Virus record (IMG/VR): IMGVR_UViG_3300029997_000018
DNA: 44,557 nucleotides
Source of the DNA: a virus
Reading direction: 5' to 3' (one strand)
The translations under genes and the position numbers were made by a program. The notes beneath the pieces are model-generated. The model ran no database searches. It saw nothing but the letters and a program-made list of their open reading frames with translations, and had not been told where the DNA came from. Positions 26,302-34,595 of this stretch are shown here, piece after piece; the first letter of the stretch is position 1; each line of letters begins with the position of its first letter.

Positions 26302-26724
26302 ATGCTTGAGATCATCCTCGCTCTCCTCGGTAAAGCCGGCGGCGCACTCGTCACGCTGTTCTCCAACGTGTGGGCGTGGGTGATCTTAGGCTTCGCCATC
26401 CTCTTGGCCTGCGTGTGGTTCGAGCACGCCCATGTGACCAAGCTCGATAACCAGCTCGCCGCCTGCAAGACGCAAAGCGCGGCCTATGAGAAGCTGGCCT
26501 CGGCCGAAGCGGTCGACCTCAAGAAACAGAACGACGCCGTGGACGCGCTGCGCATCCAGTCGGATGCCGACACCGCAGCCGCACAGAAGGCCGTACAGGC
26601 CGCTGAAGCCCGCCGCCCTACCGTCGTGACCAAAATCCAACGCATCGCCTCCACGCCTGCCCCTAGCCCTGGCGTCTGCCAGGATAAGGCCATAGGCTCG
26701 CTTATCGCCGGGAGTTTGAAATGA
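26302..26724 (+). CDS. i-spanin candidate (Rz-like)
   Basis: It has an N-terminal TM (VWAWVILGFAILLACVWF) and a coiled-coil periplasmic domain. ATGA couples it to the next gene. Confidence 0.6.
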   Translation: MLEIILALLGKAGGALVTLFSNVWAWVILGFAILLACVWFEHAHVTKLDNQLAACKTQSAAYEKLASAEAVDLKKQNDAVDALRIQSDADTAAAQKAVQAAEARRPTVVTKIQRIASTPAPSPGVCQDKAIGSLIAGSLK

Positions 26725-27107
26725 GCTTGCTGAAAACCCTTCAGGCCTACGCCATCGGCGGGCTCGCCTGGGTCTTGGCCGTGGCCTTCCTCTTCGGGCT
26801 CAACGCGTGCGCCAGCGTGCCCGTGCCTCCCAAGACGGTTGAGGTCCCGGTCGCGGTGCGCTGTCATCCCGATATCGGGCCGGAGCCAACGTATCCTGAC
26901 ACCGATGCGGCTCTCAAGACCAAGGACGGTGATCCCTTTGGGCAGGTCCAGCTCCTCCTCGAAGGGCGGCTCCTGCGTATCCAGCGCGACGTTGAGAAGT
27001 CTGCCGCGCTGGATACCTGTGAGAACGGGCCTAGTGTTTCCGCTCTGCCTCAATCTCCTTCTGCAACAGCGCCAGCGCCCTCCAGGCCACTTTCGCCGAG
27101 TGCCTGA
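26721..27107 (+). CDS. o-spanin candidate (Rz1-like lipoprotein)
   Basis: The signal peptide ends in a lipobox-like LNAC (LAVAFLFGLNAC), and the mature part is Pro-rich. Confidence 0.55.
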   Translation: MSLLKTLQAYAIGGLAWVLAVAFLFGLNACASVPVPPKTVEVPVAVRCHPDIGPEPTYPDTDAALKTKDGDPFGQVQLLLEGRLLRIQRDVEKSAALDTCENGPSVSALPQSPSATAPAPSRPLSPSA

Positions 27108-27447
27108 CGCCGTCCCTATCTACAGTGCCCCGGTCAATGAAGTGCCGCAGGAGAGCGTCGCTCTCATCGCCGGACTTCGACCGATCCCAGAACAGTGGCT
27201 TGCCCGGATTGTGTTGCTCGTTCCCGATCCGGCTGAGACCGGCGACGGCGATCAGGGCGTCTGGGAAGTAGTCGATCAGGCCCGTGGCCAAGGGCAGCTC
27301 CTTCCGCGCCGCAGCGCTGTCCGGTAGGCGGGAACGCTTGGGTGTCCACCTACGAAAGTCGATCTGGGGAATATGCGTTGTACCCTGTCCAGCGAACTCC
27401 AGGCGTGCGGCCTCCTCGTCGGACATCCGTTCTCTCCAATCGGTCAT
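27031..27447 (-). CDS. DUF5664-like protein (dATP/dGTP pyrophosphohydrolase N-terminal-domain-like)
   Basis: The pattern KELPLATGLIDYFPDALIAVAGLSRIGNEQHN...DALLRHFIDRGTVDRDGVRHSAKVAWRALALLQ matches my recollection of this phage family. Confidence 0.55.
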   Translation of the reverse strand: MTDWRERMSDEEAARLEFAGQGTTHIPQIDFRRWTPKRSRLPDSAAARKELPLATGLIDYFPDALIAVAGLSRIGNEQHNPGKPLFWDRSKSGDESDALLRHFIDRGTVDRDGVRHSAKVAWRALALLQKEIEAERKH

Positions 27448-27959
27448 TTCAGAAACTCCTTCTTCACCACGGACCTACCATCTGGTAGCGTCTCCGTGTA
27501 GTCCTCGTTGTTCACGAAGCCCTCCGGGGTCCAGAAGCCCCAGTCGCGGACCTTCGGCCCCGTCGTGAACAGGGTCATCGTATAGGGCGTCTCCGATGGT
27601 AGGATCAGGCGATGGGCCTGGAACGCTGGCCGCTGGATACAGTCACCCTTGACCCGCCACGCGCGCCGAGTTGGGCCAGAGGGCGGGTGGTCCTGAACGA
27701 CCTCATCGTAACAACCGGCCAGGATCACCGATTGGTTAGCCCAGGGATGATCGTGCAGCGGTCGGTCAGGATCGCTGGCCGTTTGGATGTGGAAGTAGAC
27801 GTTCGCCCCTACGGCCCGGCGTGGGATGACATGCCAGCGGTAGAGGTATGGTTCGCCGTCCGGAGCGATGATCAGATCGGGGTCGCGGTAGTCACCCAGG
27901 ATCGTGCGGGCCGCGTCCAGATCGTCATCGTTCAGGCGGTTGAAGATTTCGTGGGCCAA
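27444..27959 (-). CDS. Conserved phage protein with YLYRW / HDHPW motifs (171 aa), possibly cupin-like
   Basis: Motifs seen are PYLYRWHVIP...LHDHPWANQSVILAGCYDE...HRL...WGFW. The function is unknown. Confidence 0.5.
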   Translation of the reverse strand: MAHEIFNRLNDDDLDAARTILGDYRDPDLIIAPDGEPYLYRWHVIPRRAVGANVYFHIQTASDPDRPLHDHPWANQSVILAGCYDEVVQDHPPSGPTRRAWRVKGDCIQRPAFQAHRLILPSETPYTMTLFTTGPKVRDWGFWTPEGFVNNEDYTETLPDGRSVVKKEFLK

Positions 27960-27970
27960 AGGTAGTCCTC

Positions 27971-29161
27971 CTAGTCGAGCATCTCCGGAGTCACGGTCGT
28001 CTTCAAGACCTGCCCGTATGCAGAGTGGTAGGTGATGGCGTGGGCGGCGCGCTCCGAGAACCAGCCCCCACGGGCGGCATAGGCATCCTTGGCCGCCAGG
28101 GTCGGATGCTGGGTCACGTACATACCACCGTGCTCCTTCTCGTACAAGTGATGCTGGTGACCGGCGTGAGCGTAGCGCTTCGTTGTCTCACCCCAGACCT
28201 TCGGGTACTGGGCGGCGAACAGCAGCGGGAACTCGTCCGGCTTCTTGAGGTGGCCGTGATGGAACGCCAGCATCGTCTCGCCGTGCTGGTGGGCGTAGAA
28301 TGGCACCTCCGACTGGATCACCTGGACGCGTGGCTCGTTCTCGTAGAGCGCCGCGAACATCACCCGCAGCCAGACGGACGAAGCCATATCGTGGTTGCCC
28401 TCTGCCATGACGATCCACACCTTCTCGTGCTTGGTCAGGGCATGGTCGATGATCCGCCGCAGGACGCGCACGGCCACCTGGACCATCTTGGAGAACCGGC
28501 CGTCCGCGTCTAGGATATGGCCGGAGGTCGGCGTGACCGGGGCCAAGCCATCCCAGTGCAGGAAGTCGCCGAGCTGGTTGACGATGCATTCGGCCGCGTC
28601 CGGGGCGTTCTCGATCATGAGGCCGAAGCACCGGGTCAGGGTGTCCTCGGCGATCTTCAGATCCCACGGCGCGCCCGTCTCCTTGCCCCAGGACAGCATA
28701 CCCACATGGCAATCGGTCAGGGTGTAGACGTTCAGGAGCTTCTCGTTGAGCGGCTGGGCGGTGGTCAGGCGGGGCAGCGGCGGCAGGCGGGGGACTTCCT
28801 CCGCCATCGCGGCGGTCGCGGCCTCCATCATGAGGCGGAGCTGTTCGCCGTCCGCGCGGGACTTCACCCACTCAACCGACAGCTTCTTGTTGCCGGCCTC
28901 GTCGTAAGTGAACATCTGCGAGACGCCCTTCACGATGAAGGGATCGGGCACGGTGTTGGTGTAGTTGTGGTCGGGGCTGTAGCCCTTGGCCGCCGCGCGG
29001 GCGGCTAGGCCACGGAGGCTTTCGCGGATCGTCGTGCGGTGGACGCCGAGCTTGCTCGCCGCGCCGGTGTAGCTGCCTGTTTCAATCGTAGCTTCGAGGT
29101 AGCGCTTTTGAGTTTCCGTGCCCCACGCCGCGAGGCCTGGATCGTTGACGATATCCGACAT
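27971..29161 (-). CDS. HTH domain fused to calcineurin-like metallophosphoesterase
   Basis: The N-terminal HTH reads TQKRYLEATIETGSYTGAASKLGVHRTTIRESLRGL. Phosphoesterase motifs DCHVG, GDFLHWDG, GNHD, HHGH and GHQHH follow. I chose the ATG at 29161. Confidence 0.7.
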   Translation of the reverse strand: MSDIVNDPGLAAWGTETQKRYLEATIETGSYTGAASKLGVHRTTIRESLRGLAARAAAKGYSPDHNYTNTVPDPFIVKGVSQMFTYDEAGNKKLSVEWVKSRADGEQLRLMMEAATAAMAEEVPRLPPLPRLTTAQPLNEKLLNVYTLTDCHVGMLSWGKETGAPWDLKIAEDTLTRCFGLMIENAPDAAECIVNQLGDFLHWDGLAPVTPTSGHILDADGRFSKMVQVAVRVLRRIIDHALTKHEKVWIVMAEGNHDMASSVWLRVMFAALYENEPRVQVIQSEVPFYAHQHGETMLAFHHGHLKKPDEFPLLFAAQYPKVWGETTKRYAHAGHQHHLYEKEHGGMYVTQHPTLAAKDAYAARGGWFSERAAHAITYHSAYGQVLKTTVTPEMLD

Positions 29162-29634
29162 TTCTTGTCTCTTTCCAAATCTGATGCGGCGAACTGCAAC
29201 AAACAAAAGGCATCGGCCTCGTGCTCGTTTTCACCATTGTAGCCCATGAACTGTGCGGCGGCAATCATGTCCGCCTTCTCTGCATCGCCCCGGCCGGTCG
29301 CCCACTTCTTGATCTCGCCAGGGCTGTAGTCGATCACCGGGATGCTCTTGGCCGCTGCGTAGGCTTCGAGCATCGCCGCCACGCCCCATAGCATCCGCGT
29401 AGCGCCTTGTCCACGAGCGAAGGGGCGCTCGTATACCACGACATCGAAGCTGCCCTCCAGGGCGGCTAGGAGAGCCTGGAGATGAGCGAGCTTCGCCGGC
29501 CGCTCCTTGCCCTCCAGGTCGACGTGCGCCGTGCAGTAGCCGGTGATCCCGAAGGCTGAGTTGCCGGGGATATAGTTCGCGGACCACGCCATATGCTGGC
29601 CCAGGTCGAACGCCAGGATGCGGAGGTCAGTCAT
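29005..29634 (-). CDS. ruvC: RuvC-like Holliday junction resolvase
   Basis: Motifs are RILAFDLGQHMAWS, VVVYERPFARG, KKWATGRGDAEKADM and ENEHEADAFCLL. Its ATG overlaps the polA TGA. The last roughly 50 codons overlap the next gene out of frame. Confidence 0.7.
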   Translation of the reverse strand: MTDLRILAFDLGQHMAWSANYIPGNSAFGITGYCTAHVDLEGKERPAKLAHLQALLAALEGSFDVVVYERPFARGQGATRMLWGVAAMLEAYAAAKSIPVIDYSPGEIKKWATGRGDAEKADMIAAAQFMGYNGENEHEADAFCLLQFAASDLERDKKCRISSTIQASRRGARKLKSATSKLRLKQAATPARRASSASTARRSAKASVA

Positions 29635-31625
29635 TTCTTGTACCTCGGGCCAATCCATTCGTCGACCTGGATCGGGACCTTCAGCTCGTGAACCCACGGC
29701 TTCACATCCTCCAGGATAGCCTTGAGCACCTTCGGATCGGCGTGCTTGTACCAAGGCTCCGTCAACACTTCGTCGTGGACATCCAGGACCACGGGGTAGT
29801 TCTCTGCCTCGCAGCGGAACATAGCGTCCACCACGATCTGCCGCTCAATACCCATGACGGCGTTCTCTGTCAAGAGCCCACCGAATGCGTCGACGGTGAC
29901 GACCTTCTTGTTCTTGGTCGCCTTGAAGCGCCACGACTGGCGGATGTCCGGCTCCTCGTCCGTCGACCATGGCATCTGTTTCCAGATAAGCTCGGGCTCC
30001 CGGTACCATAGCTTGTTCCCGCCGGGGAGCCGGGCCGTCAGCCACGCGTCCTCGCGCCGGTAGGTTATCCCGGCGATGGTCTCCACGGGCACGTTGTCAA
30101 CCAGGGCCTTCAGCGACGCCTCCTGGAGAGTGTACCAAACCTTCGGAACCAGAGGAGCCCAGACCTTACGGTAGGTATCCACGACCTCCTGTATGAACTC
30201 GAAGGGCATGTGCGGGGCGTACTTCATCCAGAACTTCATGGCCCCCATCTGGAAGCCCAGACCGAGAACGCTGTTCTTGCCGATCTGGCGTTCTTCCTTG
30301 TCGTGCTTCGTGATCTCCCGCTTGTAGATCGTGGACGCCATGTCACAGTAGACATCTACCCCGCTCGCCATGAGCGCGGTCTTATCATGCTGCCCAGCTA
30401 GGGCCAAGACAACGCGGGCCTGAATACCGCTGTAGTCCCCGGAGACGAAGACATGATCTTCCTCCGCCATGATGGCATGCCGCAAGCCGCTCACGACGGC
30501 CTGGACGGGCTCGCCGAACAGCGCCTCGACATACCCAGCGTCGCCGGTCAGGATGGCGTCCACGAGCGCCTGGGGGTCCGGGGCGTTGCCGTCGACACGG
30601 AGAAGGCCGCGCGGGAAGTTGTGAGGCTGGAACAGCCGGCCGGTCTGGCGGCCCGGACCCGTGCCGTGATACTGGAGCATTCCCCGCGCCCGGCCATCCA
30701 TGCCGACGACCTTCTCCATGCGGTCGAGCTTCTTCAGCGAGCTGGAGCCGATCAGTTGCTTGATTTCCAGGGCGCGGCTCACGTCCGGCGGGAGGATCGG
30801 ATGGTCGAAGAAGTCGGGGTCATCGTCCTCCGGGTCCCCGATCATCTTGGCGATGGTCTCTTTGGTCATGTCGGGCATGATGACGCCACGGTCGGCCGCC
30901 CAGGCCTTGACCTTCGCCGTCTGACCGAAGTTCAGCCCGCCGGTCAGACCTTGGAACTCGGTAGCCAGGGGACCGGACGCCTGAGCCACGACTTGCTTGG
31001 CCGCGCGAACGTAGTCCATATCGAGGCGGAGCCCGCGCTCGTTGATGGTTTGGTTGAGCAGCCACACGGGGCGCTCATAATCCGGGAGCCAGCCGAGCCG
31101 GTTGTGGAGAGCGACTTGGTTGGGGACATCGCTCTCGCAGTACTCATAGATACGCTCCATCAGGGCCGGCGTCCGCTCGGGATACATGCCGGTCTTCTTG
31201 TTCACACGGGACAAGGTGAGGTTCAGCTTCGAGCCTTCGAGGTCTTTGGCCTCGGTCAGGTGCATGGCCTCCAGGGACTTCTCCAGGCTCAGCGGCACGC
31301 CACGTAGCGCGCACACGGCCATGGTGTCATGCCATTGCTCAGGAGGGATCGGGGGCCAACCATACAGGGCAACCATGTGATACTTCCACATCGCCTTCTC
31401 AAAATCAGCGTTGTGGGCAATGAAGGTGTAGCCATGTTCGATAGCGTAGCGGATCATCTCGGGGATTGGTTGCCCCGGTGTCCAGCGGCACTTCGACCCG
31501 CGTTCGGTCTGGGCACACAGGACGGTCACGTCGGTGGTCACGTCCTCGGCGTAGCGCCATGCGCCACACACCTTCAGATCACAATCTGAGGCTGTCTCGA
31601 AATCTATCATGATCCAGGGGGTCAT
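29631..31625 (-). CDS. polA: Family A DNA polymerase with 3'-5' exonuclease domain
   Basis: Exonuclease motifs are IDFETAS, AHNADFEKAMW and YCESDV. Polymerase motifs are A (SGDYSGIQARV), B (RQIGKNSVLGLGFQMG) and C (LDVHDEV). I set the start at 31625, where the ATG overlaps the TGA of the upstream micro-ORF; the track start is 31646. Confidence 0.9.
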   Translation of the reverse strand: MTPWIMIDFETASDCDLKVCGAWRYAEDVTTDVTVLCAQTERGSKCRWTPGQPIPEMIRYAIEHGYTFIAHNADFEKAMWKYHMVALYGWPPIPPEQWHDTMAVCALRGVPLSLEKSLEAMHLTEAKDLEGSKLNLTLSRVNKKTGMYPERTPALMERIYEYCESDVPNQVALHNRLGWLPDYERPVWLLNQTINERGLRLDMDYVRAAKQVVAQASGPLATEFQGLTGGLNFGQTAKVKAWAADRGVIMPDMTKETIAKMIGDPEDDDPDFFDHPILPPDVSRALEIKQLIGSSSLKKLDRMEKVVGMDGRARGMLQYHGTGPGRQTGRLFQPHNFPRGLLRVDGNAPDPQALVDAILTGDAGYVEALFGEPVQAVVSGLRHAIMAEEDHVFVSGDYSGIQARVVLALAGQHDKTALMASGVDVYCDMASTIYKREITKHDKEERQIGKNSVLGLGFQMGAMKFWMKYAPHMPFEFIQEVVDTYRKVWAPLVPKVWYTLQEASLKALVDNVPVETIAGITYRREDAWLTARLPGGNKLWYREPELIWKQMPWSTDEEPDIRQSWRFKATKNKKVVTVDAFGGLLTENAVMGIERQIVVDAMFRCEAENYPVVLDVHDEVLTEPWYKHADPKVLKAILEDVKPWVHELKVPIQVDEWIGPRYKK

Positions 31626-31744
31626 TGGTCTCGCAACCATGACCATAGTATGCGAACACCATTTATGAACGCTACCGTTGCTATGGAGCCTATGATGTAG
31701 CCGCCCGCATAGTACATTGCGTTTTGAAAGGTGAAATCAGGCAT
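31622..31744 (-). CDS. Hydrophobic micro-ORF (40 aa), below the ORF-track cutoff
   Basis: GGAGGG precedes the ATG by 6 nt (ggagggaaggcaATG). It reads MPDFTFQNAMYYAGGYIIGSIATVAFINGVRILWSWLRDQ, and its TGA overlaps the polA ATG. It contains four rare ATA codons. Confidence 0.45.
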   Translation of the reverse strand: MPDFTFQNAMYYAGGYIIGSIATVAFINGVRILWSWLRDQ

Positions 31745-31767
31745 TGCCTTCCCTCCAGAAGGTAGTT

Positions 31768-31838
31768 GTCCGCAGGCCGGTGTCTGAGCCGTCTGATGGC
31801 TTCGCCAGTGTGACCGGGGAGTGTTCCGGCCTGCGGAC
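31768..31838 (-). promoter_or_regulatory. Long-range perfect 13-bp inverted repeat in the SSB-polA intergenic region
   Basis: GTCCGCAGGCCGG (31768-31780) pairs with CCGGCCTGCGGAC (31826-31838), enclosing 45 nt. Confidence 0.45.
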
Positions 31839-31899
31839 CCGAGTAGGGGCGTCGGGAGACTTCATGAGCGGGAGGTCAGGGTCTCGCGCCTCGCTCGGA

Positions 31900-32565
31900 T
31901 TACCACGCCGCGTCTTCGGTATCAAGGCCCGAAGTCACGTCTTCCCTCTTGTTCAGGCCCACGTAGCCGGAGAAGGTCTCCGCCGCGCTCGGCCGGCCGG
32001 TCAGCCGCTTGCCCTTGTTCAGGGAACCCAGGCCATTCAGATAGCAAGCGATACCGGGCAGGCCGTTGTCGCCGACGCCATCATAGGCCTCGAAGTAGAC
32101 CTCGACCAGGGCGTCAACGCCCGTGTAGAAGTACGGCTTCGCGAGGTTGATGTTCTCGGAGTTGAAGTCCCGCCACTTGCCGTCCACGAAGGCGGCGAGC
32201 TGGGGCGGGTTCTTGGACCGGGCGGTCAGGACCGTGCGGCCACGGGAGAACTCGCGATCCTTGCCATTGGCCTTAGCCTTATCCGCCAGCTTGTCGCCGG
32301 AGGTCCAGGGCTTGCCCAGGGCGAGGTAGGCGTCCTTCGTCAGGTCCGGCCACTTGGCGCGGGCTTGGTTCTTGGCGCGTTCGATAGCCTCAGCGAGGAA
32401 GGGGTCGTCGTTCTCGAACTCGATGTTCACGCTGAACTTCGGCTCGCCCAGCGTCTTCCCGTTCTTCACGATGGCCTTAGCCTCGATCACATTGGGGAAG
32501 GTGATCCGCTTGCCCTCGGTCTGAATTTTGAGGGTGCCGGCGGCATAGTCTTTAGCTTCGGACAT
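31900..32565 (-). CDS. ssb: ssDNA-binding protein, T7 gp2.5 / DUF2815-like
   Basis: It is 221 aa and lies between the DUF2800-type nuclease and polA. The acidic C-terminal tail ends in an aromatic residue (GLDTEDAAW). The SD is GGAGAGG. Confidence 0.6.
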   Translation of the reverse strand: MSEAKDYAAGTLKIQTEGKRITFPNVIEAKAIVKNGKTLGEPKFSVNIEFENDDPFLAEAIERAKNQARAKWPDLTKDAYLALGKPWTSGDKLADKAKANGKDREFSRGRTVLTARSKNPPQLAAFVDGKWRDFNSENINLAKPYFYTGVDALVEVYFEAYDGVGDNGLPGIACYLNGLGSLNKGKRLTGRPSAAETFSGYVGLNKREDVTSGLDTEDAAW

Positions 32566-32628
32566 GATGTCCTCTCCTTGTGTCTTGCGACAGTGCTTCG
32601 GGCGGAATTGCCCTTGGAAGCCCCGACC

Positions 32629-33012
32629 CTAGACGGGATCGATGGTCAAGTCAAGAGGCCAGCGTAGGATCACGTTATTCTTTTCCTCCGACCGCTGTAC
32701 CAGCGCCTTAGCGAGATCGAAGTCATAGAGGTTGGCCAGACGCATGGCGGCGGTAACAAGGTCTGCGCTGCGGCCAATAAGGACACCAAACTGTTCGCTG
32801 GATAGGTCCGCACCGGAATGATCCAGGGCTTCAAACACCGCCGCGAGCTGGCCCACGGTCTTCTGTGCGTGGAGGACCGCATGAGTGCCCATGATGTGCG
32901 GCGTAAAACACTCCTGGGCACTCAGGAAAAGCTCCGAATATGGAACCTTCCAGGGCTGGGTTCGTTGGGCGTGGCTCAGGGTGAGCGAGCTATAATCACG
33001 TTGCTGCGACAT
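32629..33012 (-). CDS. All-alpha protein, possibly MazG-like NTP pyrophosphohydrolase fold (127 aa)
   Basis: The C-terminal part ADLVTAAMRLANLYDFDLAKALVQRSEEKN resembles MazG-family helices. The canonical EExxE is not evident. Confidence 0.35.
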   Translation of the reverse strand: MSQQRDYSSLTLSHAQRTQPWKVPYSELFLSAQECFTPHIMGTHAVLHAQKTVGQLAAVFEALDHSGADLSSEQFGVLIGRSADLVTAAMRLANLYDFDLAKALVQRSEEKNNVILRWPLDLTIDPV

Positions 33013-34177
33013 TGGTCTCTCCAGTATAGGCGGCGAACTTCTCGGAAGCGCGCTCGACTTTCACCGCGTCTTTAGGGTCGCTGGACAGAGCCACGGTGAG
33101 CCCAGTGTCCGGCGTGTAGGCGTAGCTCTTCACCCAGGCCGCAGCCTCGGGGCCTAGCTTCTCCAGCTCGGCCGGCGACTTCAGCGCGGGGGCAGTGAAG
33201 GCCTTGTCCTTGAACTTGGCCTTCGCCAGATCGGCGGCCCCGTCCTTGTAGACGCGGTTCGCCTTCTTCCGCACCAGCTTCGTGCCGGGGACCTCACGGC
33301 CATCCGACAGCCGGCGGAACGTCTCGTCCTCCAGGGCCTTGATGTAGAACTTCACGGCCTGGATGTACTGGTACTGGCGGCCCAGGGCGGCGTCGCTCTC
33401 CTGGACCACGGCGGCCGGCTGGGCCTTCATCGCCGCTCCGTATAGGGAGGTCAGCAAGGGGCACACGAGCTTGGCCGGGCAGAAGCGACACCAGGGGCCG
33501 GGGTCGAGGGAGCGGTCGTTCTCCGTGGCGCACATGGCGGGCACCAGCTCGGACTTCACCCACTCCTTGATCTCGCCTACGGTCGTTTCCCAGAAACGAA
33601 CTGGGCCGCGATTGCTGAAACCTCTTGGCTGGACAATGCCCAAGTGTACGGGCGTTTCGTCGGGAAACACAGTTCCATTAGCCCGCTCGATCCCGTCAAT
33701 GAGACCGAAGGCGTAGTACTTGATCTGTGGATTGTCCTCCGGGTCGACAATGATACCCTCGCCGCCCTTGAGATCGACAACGGTGATGCGGTCGGGCGCG
33801 ACGGCCCCGTAGTCGACGGAGCCATAGAACTTCTCGTGGACTGGGGAACTGATCGGCGCTTCGATATAGACACGGGTAGCCCCTTCGCCTATCGGCCGGA
33901 CAGTGTCCAGGTAGATTTGGATGGCAACGGCCATGGCTTCGGTGATGACGATCCCGTTGTAGGTCTCGCCGACGATCTCCCAGGTGTCTACCTCGCGCTC
34001 CAGACAGTCGGCCGCTGCCTCGTGCATGGCCGTGCCCTCGCGCTGGTAGTCGGGCTCGTCGCTCTCGGGCAGTTCCAGCTCCTTCAGCAGGGCCACGGAG
34101 CCCGGACAATTCATCCACCGCTCCGCGCCCGATGCGCCGAGGGGGCTATGCCCGCGTTCCTTATGGGTCTCAGTCAT
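32996..34177 (-). CDS. PD-(D/E)XK nuclease, DUF2800/Cas4-like
   Basis: Motifs are HSPLGASGAERWMNCPGSVAL, EGTAMHEAAADCL, VVDLKGGEG and a C-terminal Cys cluster CRFCPAKLVCP. The ATG at 34177 overlaps the upstream TGA. Confidence 0.75.
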   Translation of the reverse strand: MTETHKERGHSPLGASGAERWMNCPGSVALLKELELPESDEPDYQREGTAMHEAAADCLEREVDTWEIVGETYNGIVITEAMAVAIQIYLDTVRPIGEGATRVYIEAPISSPVHEKFYGSVDYGAVAPDRITVVDLKGGEGIIVDPEDNPQIKYYAFGLIDGIERANGTVFPDETPVHLGIVQPRGFSNRGPVRFWETTVGEIKEWVKSELVPAMCATENDRSLDPGPWCRFCPAKLVCPLLTSLYGAAMKAQPAAVVQESDAALGRQYQYIQAVKFYIKALEDETFRRLSDGREVPGTKLVRKKANRVYKDGAADLAKAKFKDKAFTAPALKSPAELEKLGPEAAAWVKSYAYTPDTGLTVALSSDPKDAVKVERASEKFAAYTGETNVAAT

Positions 34178-34356
34178 AGCTTCTTCTCCATGACAACGAT
34201 CCACTCCTGGGCCTCGTTGCGCTGAATACTCTGAAGGCGGTAGCCCTTAGAGGCCTGAGTATTCATCCAGGTCTGCACGCCTCGCTCATCAAGAAATCCT
34301 TGAACGAGGTAGCGTTTCGTATGGTTATCCCCGACCCGCGTCCTTGGCCCAGTCAT
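34174..34356 (-). CDS. Small protein (60 aa), DUF4177-like
   Basis: It reads ...WMNTQASKGYRLQSIQRNEAQEWIVVMEKKL and is paralogous in pattern to the next ORF. Confidence 0.4.
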   Translation of the reverse strand: MTGPRTRVGDNHTKRYLVQGFLDERGVQTWMNTQASKGYRLQSIQRNEAQEWIVVMEKKL

Positions 34357-34574
34357 GGGTCTACTCGTTCGAACAAGACCTTCACCCGAGGTAAAAAGCC
34401 ATCTTCATGGTCCCGGCCCGCCTGGAATGCGGTGAAGGAGTGGACCCTGTAGCCGTCTGCGCAGAGGGAATTAATGCGCTTTTGAATTTCAGCCTGGGAA
34501 ACGCCGCCGTAGGCCTCCCCGACATCTGTTACCCAGCTCCGATAGATGTACTGAAGTCTGTTTATTTTAGGCAT
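34353..34574 (-). CDS. Small protein (73 aa), DUF4177-like
   Basis: GGAGGA precedes the ATG at 34574. It reads ...IQKRINSLCADGYRVHSFTAF...VKVLFERV. Confidence 0.4.
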   Translation of the reverse strand: MPKINRLQYIYRSWVTDVGEAYGGVSQAEIQKRINSLCADGYRVHSFTAFQAGRDHEDGFLPRVKVLFERVDP

Positions 34575-34595
34575 CGTATTATCCTCCAACCTAGC

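Noticed and set aside
27031-27447. A Z-genome (2-aminoadenine) pathway suggested by the DUF5664/MazZ-like domain
   Set aside because: No PurZ (adenylosuccinate-synthetase-like) or DatZ gene is present, and the domain is widespread in ordinary phages.
30453-32667. Plus-strand ORFs 30453-31307 and 31744-32667, and the minus ORF 31737-31925
   Set aside because: They lie antisense to, or out of frame with, polA and the SSB gene, which have clear motifs and SDs. The product of 31737-31925 is Pro/Arg-rich and spans the structured intergenic region.
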